Source: Vulcanimicrobiota bacterium
GTDB lineage: Bacteria > Vulcanimicrobiota > Vulcanimicrobiia > Vulcanimicrobiales > Vulcanimicrobiaceae
Assembly (NCBI GenBank): GCA_003136355.1
Contig: PLED01000082.1
Coordinates: 6,753-70,752, forward strand
Reading direction: 5' to 3'
DNA: 64,000 nt
The notes below the pieces were generated by a model. That model saw only the letters and a program-made list of their open reading frames with translations. It ran no database searches and had not been told where the DNA came from. Below are positions 58,814-64,000 of this stretch, in pieces. The translations under genes and the position numbers were made by a program. Position 1 is the first letter of the stretch; each line of letters begins with the position of its first letter.

Positions 58814-59363
58814 ACGACTGCTTGAGCCTGAATTCGCTGGCGGGATATTTCGCGCGCAGCATCGCCCATTGGTGCAGGAGCTCGTTGCCTTCCGGATCGC
58901 GCCGGTAGCGCGTGACTCCAAGATAATATTGCGCTTCGGGCGCCGCTAGTGTGGTTGGGAATCGCTTGAGTACCTCGACGTAAGATTCTTCGGCTTTATC
59001 GAATGCGCGCAAGCGCAAGTGCGCCTGTCCGATACTTACGAGCGCGCGCGCCACGAATTCGGCCGGCGGCAAGTACCCTTGCCATTCTTGGAACACGTCG
59101 CCATCGTCATTGAGGATGCGAATGTCGGGCGTCCAGATGTGGTGGTATCGCTTGAGCAGCGATTCATTTTCCGGTTTGGAGTTATCGATCTGAACCGGTA
59201 CGCAACGGTTCACGATCTCGGAGACGAACGTTTCGGGATACGTCACGGTATCCAGCGCTTGGCATCCCCCTCAACCAGGGTTGAACACGTCGAAGAACAC
59301 CAGCTTCGAATCGCGCTTGGCTTCTTTCAGTGCGTCGTCAAAATTGTTGCGCCAAGAAATCAT
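58797..59363 (-). CDS. thioredoxin-fold protein with an in-frame TGA at the CxxC position (candidate selenoprotein, or pseudogene)
   Basis: ATG 59363 gives MISWRNNFDDALKEAKRDSKLVFFDVFNPG, then TGA (59273-59271), then GGCQALDTV, joining the 149-aa track ORF in the same frame. Confidence 0.55.
59236..59253 (-). other. hairpin downstream of the in-frame TGA (SECIS-like candidate)
   Basis: The mRNA reads GGAUAC-CGUGAC-GUAUCC, beginning 18 nt after the UGA, with GU in the apical loop. Confidence 0.3.
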
Positions 59364-59415
59364 GCTTCTCTCTTTCCCCCGCAGGAGCTAGGCTACCCCC
59401 ACGTTCACCCCACGC

Positions 59416-59985
59416 GTGGATCAATGTAATCACGACGCTCAGCTGCTGCACTCGGCGCCGCGTCGGCTGCCGCCAGCGCGGTACAAGACATTGCATGGCG
59501 TCCCGGAGGCGCTCGTTTCCGTAACGGTCGATGCCAAAGGCCAGGTGCTTGCCGCGAAAATTGTGCAGCCGGCCGGTGCTCTGGACCTCGATGTAGCAGC
59601 GCTTGAGTCGGCGCGATCCTCGACGTACGCGCCAGCAGTGCAGAGCTGCAAAGCCACCGGCGGAACGTTCGGAATTACGATCGATTTTCAACCGAATGAC
59701 TACGCCTGCAATCACGACGCCTTTGTGCTAAGCCAAGGTAGCCCGCCCATGCCCGACGACGTTACTCGAACGGCCGGTGGAAAGGCAACTGCGATCGTAC
59801 ACGTGATTGTTGCGCCAAACGGAACCGTGGGCAGCGATGCGCTGACGACATCTACCGGCAATCCCAATCTGGACGCCGCCGCGCTTCAGGCCGCGCGCCA
59901 AAGTACATACTCGCCAAAGGTAGTCGATTGCCACGCGGTGCCAGGCGACTACTTTTTCAAAGTCATCTTTGACCCAAACCAGTAA
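59416..59985 (+). CDS. protein with two TonB-C-terminal-like domains and no membrane anchor
   Basis: There are two copies of the pattern ..V.V.V...G.V....I...(S/A)G...LD.AAL...R...Y.P......... . GTG start with no signal or TM segment. Confidence 0.5.
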   Translation: MDQCNHDAQLLHSAPRRLPPARYKTLHGVPEALVSVTVDAKGQVLAAKIVQPAGALDLDVAALESARSSTYAPAVQSCKATGGTFGITIDFQPNDYACNHDAFVLSQGSPPMPDDVTRTAGGKATAIVHVIVAPNGTVGSDALTTSTGNPNLDAAALQAARQSTYSPKVVDCHAVPGDYFFKVIFDPNQ

Positions 59986-60014
59986 CGCAGCTGAATTCCG
60001 GGTACAGGTATCCC

Positions 60015-60323
60015 ATGGAACAAGGTTCGCTCCCGACGCTGCCCGCGTATCCGATTAAGGAACGCCTGGAGATCAACGGCGTCAACGTGCTGCTGCTCAA
60101 CGTCCCGCCCGAGCAAGCGTATCCTCAGAACCTCTTCGGGGTAAGCGAAAAAGGCGACGTGCTCTGGCAGGTCGAGCCGCGGTCTTCGAGTACGCCAAAT
60201 TCGCGCTACACGTCGATCCGCGACGAGGTCGGCGTGATCGTCGCGCGCACCGAAGACAAGATGCAGCGCAAGGTCGATCCCAAGACCGGCAAAGTTCTGG
60301 CGGAGGAGCAGGCGGCCGACTAG
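60015..60323 (+). CDS. hypothetical protein
   Basis: 102-aa ORF with coding-like composition. No motif recognised. Confidence 0.45.
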   Translation: MEQGSLPTLPAYPIKERLEINGVNVLLLNVPPEQAYPQNLFGVSEKGDVLWQVEPRSSSTPNSRYTSIRDEVGVIVARTEDKMQRKVDPKTGKVLAEEQAAD

Positions 60324-60344
60324 CGGTTGTCCTAACGTCGGCTT

Positions 60345-61835
60345 ATGCCGGCCTTTCGGCGCCTGCCCGTTTTTCTATTGGCAGCCGCGGCTTCTATCGC
60401 CGCGGCATGCGGCGGCACGACAACGACCGTGCTGCAGCAAGTCGCCGTTCCGGCGACGGCGATTCCTATTCCGACGGTAACATCGCAATCGAGCTTCACG
60501 GTCGTACAAACCGCTGACTTAAGCGCGACGACGAATCTTCCGGTCGCGGGCGGCTACAGCGGAACGCTGCAGGTGGGCGGCACGATCCAGCAATACGCGC
60601 AAGTGACGCAAACGCTGCAAAACACGGCGCCTTCGAGCGTCGCGCCACTTTCGATGAAACCGCAAGACGGGGGTGCGCACCCGATGGACGTCTCTCCCGC
60701 GCAAGTGCTCTTCTATTACGGATTGCTCTTCGATGCGCGCACGCCGGCGTATGTGTCTCCGCTTCCCTCGCCCACGGATCCGCCGAACGCGCCGGTCACG
60801 CTGACGGTGCAAGTGCCGGCGGCCGTCTTTTTGCAGAATGTCACGTATTATTTGGCGCTTTACGATCCGCAGCGGCCGTCGTTAGGGTGGCAGCAGAAAT
60901 TTGCGGGTCCCGCGACGGTGAGCGGAACGACGCTGACATTTACCGGCGCTTATACCTTTAACCGCTACGAACAATACTGGCTCGGAATCTACGCGGTAAG
61001 CCCGCAAGCGCCGCCACCGACGCCCGCGCCGGCGATCTCGCCCGTCGCCTCGCCATCGCCGGGCCCGAACTCGATCGTCGCGATACAAGCTATGATGGGG
61101 CTAAACTTCGCGTGCTCGGGAACGCCGTGCGCGACCGGCCCGATCGCCCCGCCGACGCAGGGACCGGCGACGTACACTATACAGACGGGCGTTACCGCGC
61201 CTTCGATCAGCGGCAACGCGACGCAGCTAACGGTTTTTCCGCTGACGTCACAACCGAGCGACGTCCTCTACTATACGCCGCCGCTCGCCGACGCGCCGCT
61301 GACGACCAACGCGATCTGGGACTTCTATTACTATATCGATCAGCCGGTGTGGGCGACACCGAGTCCACGGCCGACGTCCACGCCCGAGCCGGCCGCCCCG
61401 ACCATTATGATGGCGCTCGAGTTCGATTTCAACATGGGCATGCCGAACTATGCATACAACTTTTCATCGCAGTGCTTGATCTTGGACAGCGCGAACGGCG
61501 GCCCGGTTTGGCAGATTTGGGGAGGCGGATCGCAAGGCTGGATCGATTCGGGATTGCCATGCGACCCCGCCAGCTTTACGCCCAACGTTTGGCACCACCT
61601 CACGTGGGTCTACCGCATCCATCCCGAAACACTACAAACCGAGTACGACACCTTGACGATCGACGGCACCACCGTTACGGTGCCGGCCGCGAATGCGCTC
61701 CATCCGGTGCAACCGCGCGTGGAAACCAAGACGTTTCTGGAAGTGCAGTTTCAACAAGACATGCATAAAGCGCTGGTGCCGACGCCGCCTCCGTTCAAGG
61801 AATGGGTTGACAACGTCACGCTGACGTACTGGTGA
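60345..61835 (+). CDS. lipoprotein with Pro-rich linkers and a LamG/ConA-like C-terminal domain (tentative)
   Basis: Lipobox LLAAAASIAAAC. 496 aa, with PPPTPAPAISPVASPSPGP linkers. Confidence 0.6.
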   Translation: MPAFRRLPVFLLAAAASIAAACGGTTTTVLQQVAVPATAIPIPTVTSQSSFTVVQTADLSATTNLPVAGGYSGTLQVGGTIQQYAQVTQTLQNTAPSSVAPLSMKPQDGGAHPMDVSPAQVLFYYGLLFDARTPAYVSPLPSPTDPPNAPVTLTVQVPAAVFLQNVTYYLALYDPQRPSLGWQQKFAGPATVSGTTLTFTGAYTFNRYEQYWLGIYAVSPQAPPPTPAPAISPVASPSPGPNSIVAIQAMMGLNFACSGTPCATGPIAPPTQGPATYTIQTGVTAPSISGNATQLTVFPLTSQPSDVLYYTPPLADAPLTTNAIWDFYYYIDQPVWATPSPRPTSTPEPAAPTIMMALEFDFNMGMPNYAYNFSSQCLILDSANGGPVWQIWGGGSQGWIDSGLPCDPASFTPNVWHHLTWVYRIHPETLQTEYDTLTIDGTTVTVPAANALHPVQPRVETKTFLEVQFQQDMHKALVPTPPPFKEWVDNVTLTYW

Positions 61836-63787
61836 ACGCGCGCGCGTTTTGCTGGGCGGCAGCTATGCTCGCAGCCGGATGTAATGGTGCCGCGAGCGGC
61901 GGAATTCCGCCGGCTGTTCCTTCCACGAGCGGCACGGCCGCAATCTTTGTTGCCAATGTGCGCCTTTCGAACGTCATGCGGTTTGCAGCCAATGCCAACG
62001 GCCCCGCAGCCCCGACGGTTACCGTTCAAGGCGGATTGACTCCCAACGCGATGGCGTTCGATGCGGCGGGAAATCTTTACGTGGCGGGCAGCAACAACGC
62101 CATCAGCGTGTATGCGCCGTTCGCCTCACAAGCTTTCAAAACGATCTCGAACGCGCAAATATGCCGGCTCGGCGGCATCGCCGTCGACGCGTCGGGGTCC
62201 GTGTACGCGTCGGATCCGATCTGCGATCAGATCGTCAAACTCGTGCCGCAATCGGGCGGAACATATTCGCTCGCCTGGTTCATCGTGGGTACACATACCA
62301 AACTTTCTGGTCCGTCGGGCGTCGCACTCGATCAGACCGGCCACGTTTTTGCGCTCGATCAGCCGGACTCCGTGAACACCGCACCGCCGGCGGTTACCGA
62401 ATATGACCCCTCCGGCGCTTCCGGCCAAAGCGATCTCACGCCGATCGCAACCATCACCGGCGGAAGTTTTCCCACCGACGTTCGCGGATTGGGGGTCGAT
62501 GCCGACAGTGACGTCTTTGTGGCGAACGCGGCGCAGGTCCAAGAATACGTTACCGGCAGCGGCGGTTATCATCTTGCGGGTTCCATCGATAGCTCAAATC
62601 TGTGCGGCATCGAATCGATCGCCACGGGAACGGACGGGAAAAACCGTTACGTGCTCACCGCAAACAGCTGCGGACCGTCGAGCGCCGGCAACGGAACGCT
62701 GACGATGTTCGATGTGACCACGCCGCTTTCGGGATCGCAAAATTCGTCGCCGCTCCTGATCGCGGGAGCCGCGACCGAGATGAACATCTCCACGGGTTCC
62801 GCGGCCGCGTTCGACAGCAGCGGAATCTCCGGCAGCCGCGCATTCGCCGGCAATCCACTGCTGGATACGGTCACCGGGTACTGCTTGTGCAGCAGCTCCG
62901 GTCCGGCGCAGTATCAACTCTCCACCGGGTATCCGGGGCTCGACGGCGTGCAAGCGATTTGGTTTGCGGGATCGCGCATGTATTCGAGCGACGGCGGCAC
63001 GCCGGCAATTTCGCTCTACGATCAATTTCCGCAAAGCGCACCGTCGCCGCTCACACCAGCACCTCTGTGGCGCATCTTCGGCAGCAACACGCGTCTGTGC
63101 GGACCGGCCAGCGTTGTAACCGATCGCTTCGGCAATCTGTATGTCGACAACGACTGCAGCACCAACGGCGGCGGCGCCAATTCCAATACGCTCGCGCGCT
63201 TCGATGCGCCGCCGGCGGGCTCAAATGGAAATCTGAATCTCGCGCCGGCGTGGATCAGCGCGGCAGGCGCGTGCCCTAATCCGTCGCGCGCCGCCGTGTT
63301 ATGCAATCCGCAGCAACTTGCGATCGATGTCCTCGGAAACGTTTACGTGACGAATTACGGAGGCAACTCGATCGTCGAGTATTCCTCGGCGGGCGGCGTC
63401 GCTGCCGTCATGACCGCGGATCCTGCCGTGCTGCACCGCCCAAGCGGCATCGCGATCGATCAGTTGGGCAACTTCATCGTGTATAGCGATGCCGAGAACG
63501 ACGCCGGCGGAAACTTTCCCGGCCTCATCGCGTACTTCTCGAAACCGGCCGGCACGGGAAACGTCGTGCTGACCGCGACCAAGACCATCGCGGGCGCCGG
63601 CACCACGCTGCCGGCCGCACAGTTTGGACAGATCGCGCTCGACGGCAGCGGATATCTGTTCGTCAATCTCTTCAAGTCGATTGCGGTGTACGGGCCGGAT
63701 GCCAAGGCAAGCGACGCGCCGGCCGCCACGATCACTCTCCCGGCGGGCGCCGGCGGCACCGGTTTGGCGATCGCCCCCGCGCCTTGA
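61832..63787 (+). CDS. NHL-repeat beta-propeller lipoprotein
   Basis: The GTG overlaps the upstream stop (GTGA). Lipobox AAMLAAGC. Repeated ..P.G(I/V)A(V/L)D..GN(L/V)YV.. units. Confidence 0.75.
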   Translation: MNARAFCWAAAMLAAGCNGAASGGIPPAVPSTSGTAAIFVANVRLSNVMRFAANANGPAAPTVTVQGGLTPNAMAFDAAGNLYVAGSNNAISVYAPFASQAFKTISNAQICRLGGIAVDASGSVYASDPICDQIVKLVPQSGGTYSLAWFIVGTHTKLSGPSGVALDQTGHVFALDQPDSVNTAPPAVTEYDPSGASGQSDLTPIATITGGSFPTDVRGLGVDADSDVFVANAAQVQEYVTGSGGYHLAGSIDSSNLCGIESIATGTDGKNRYVLTANSCGPSSAGNGTLTMFDVTTPLSGSQNSSPLLIAGAATEMNISTGSAAAFDSSGISGSRAFAGNPLLDTVTGYCLCSSSGPAQYQLSTGYPGLDGVQAIWFAGSRMYSSDGGTPAISLYDQFPQSAPSPLTPAPLWRIFGSNTRLCGPASVVTDRFGNLYVDNDCSTNGGGANSNTLARFDAPPAGSNGNLNLAPAWISAAGACPNPSRAAVLCNPQQLAIDVLGNVYVTNYGGNSIVEYSSAGGVAAVMTADPAVLHRPSGIAIDQLGNFIVYSDAENDAGGNFPGLIAYFSKPAGTGNVVLTATKTIAGAGTTLPAAQFGQIALDGSGYLFVNLFKSIAVYGPDAKASDAPAATITLPAGAGGTGLAIAPAP

Positions 63788-63905
63788 CGCTCCCCCGGCC
63801 TGCTATGGTATGCTCCGTAAGCCGAAGTGGGGCCCAGGGCCCTCACCGGATGCCCTCGGGCGATCCGGTTCTTCATCGAGGAACCGCCGGCCGGTTTCGT
63901 ATGAT

Positions 63906-63940
63906 GGGGGTCACCGATTTCGGCGACGGCCCATTTTTTA
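63906..63940 (+). terminator. rho-independent terminator ending a structured roughly 150-nt 3' region
   Basis: GTCACCG-ATTT-CGGCGAC (one A/C mismatch), then GGCCCATTTTTTA. Confidence 0.4.
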
Positions 63941-64000
63941 TTGTAAGACAGGAGTACTGCAATAGCTCGACCGCTCAGAATAAACGACCAAATTCGCATT

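Noticed and set aside
63855-63912. Fluoride (crcB) riboswitch, because of the AACCGCC and AUGAUG strings
   Set aside because: The short P1 helix with an 8-nt loop and the pseudoknot pairing of the consensus cannot be drawn, and the GGCG...CGCC pair here would enclose 22 nt. The downstream gene is outside the window.
63460-63999. A 179-aa minus-strand ORF at the window end
   Set aside because: Most of it is antisense to the well-supported NHL lipoprotein gene. The remainder crosses the hairpin and terminator region. No motif was found.

Overview
This is a high-GC bacterial chromosomal segment, for example 38/60 G+C in 12181-12240. It is densely coding on both strands, and most long antisense ORFs in the track are shadow ORFs. 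The backbone is housekeeping: eno-ndk, birA, acpS-nnr, ligA, uvrA, uvrB, prs-rplY(ctc)-pth, thyX, uppS, tricorn protease, pstS, tag and rocD. A long, tightly coupled minus-strand operon runs meaB, two unknown paralogs, acyl-CoA mutase large subunit, a micro-ORF, the B12-binding small subunit, gltX, glmU. Accessory content includes GH38 and GH125 mannosidases, two sedolisin (S53) peptidases, a LuxR/LAL STAND regulator, a GAF-GGDEF cyclase, an archaemetzincin, and several NHL/beta-propeller lipoproteins. Two tRNAs, Met-CAU and Glu-UUC, lie at 7.7-7.9 kb. No rRNA, CRISPR array, transposase or integrase was seen. The gene content (tricorn, archaemetzincin, split mutase, ThyX, many NHL lipoproteins, sedolisins) suggests an uncultured soil lineage, but that is inference only. 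The main observations worth a second look are: (1) a thioredoxin-fold gene with an in-frame TGA at the first Cys of its CxxC motif plus a downstream hairpin, a candidate selenoprotein; (2) four decayed tRNA-Glu 3'-end copies downstream of the real tRNA-Glu, which partition about 4 kb into cassettes with no integrase; (3) a roughly 65-nt GC-rich palindromic repeat family present four times, twice in frame inside ORFs (ligA and GH38), once supplying the ligA stop codon, and expanded in ligA into a 4 x 24-bp coding tandem array; (4) a secreted protein with about 25 heptad-periodic Asp/Lys repeats; (5) a micro-ORF and two secreted paralogs embedded in the mutase operon; (6) pth without a canonical start codon; (7) an M48-like protein lacking HEXXH, coupled to thyX; and (8) a roughly 200-nt three-segment hairpin between the two sedolisin genes. 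All functional calls come from motif recognition by eye. No database search was run.
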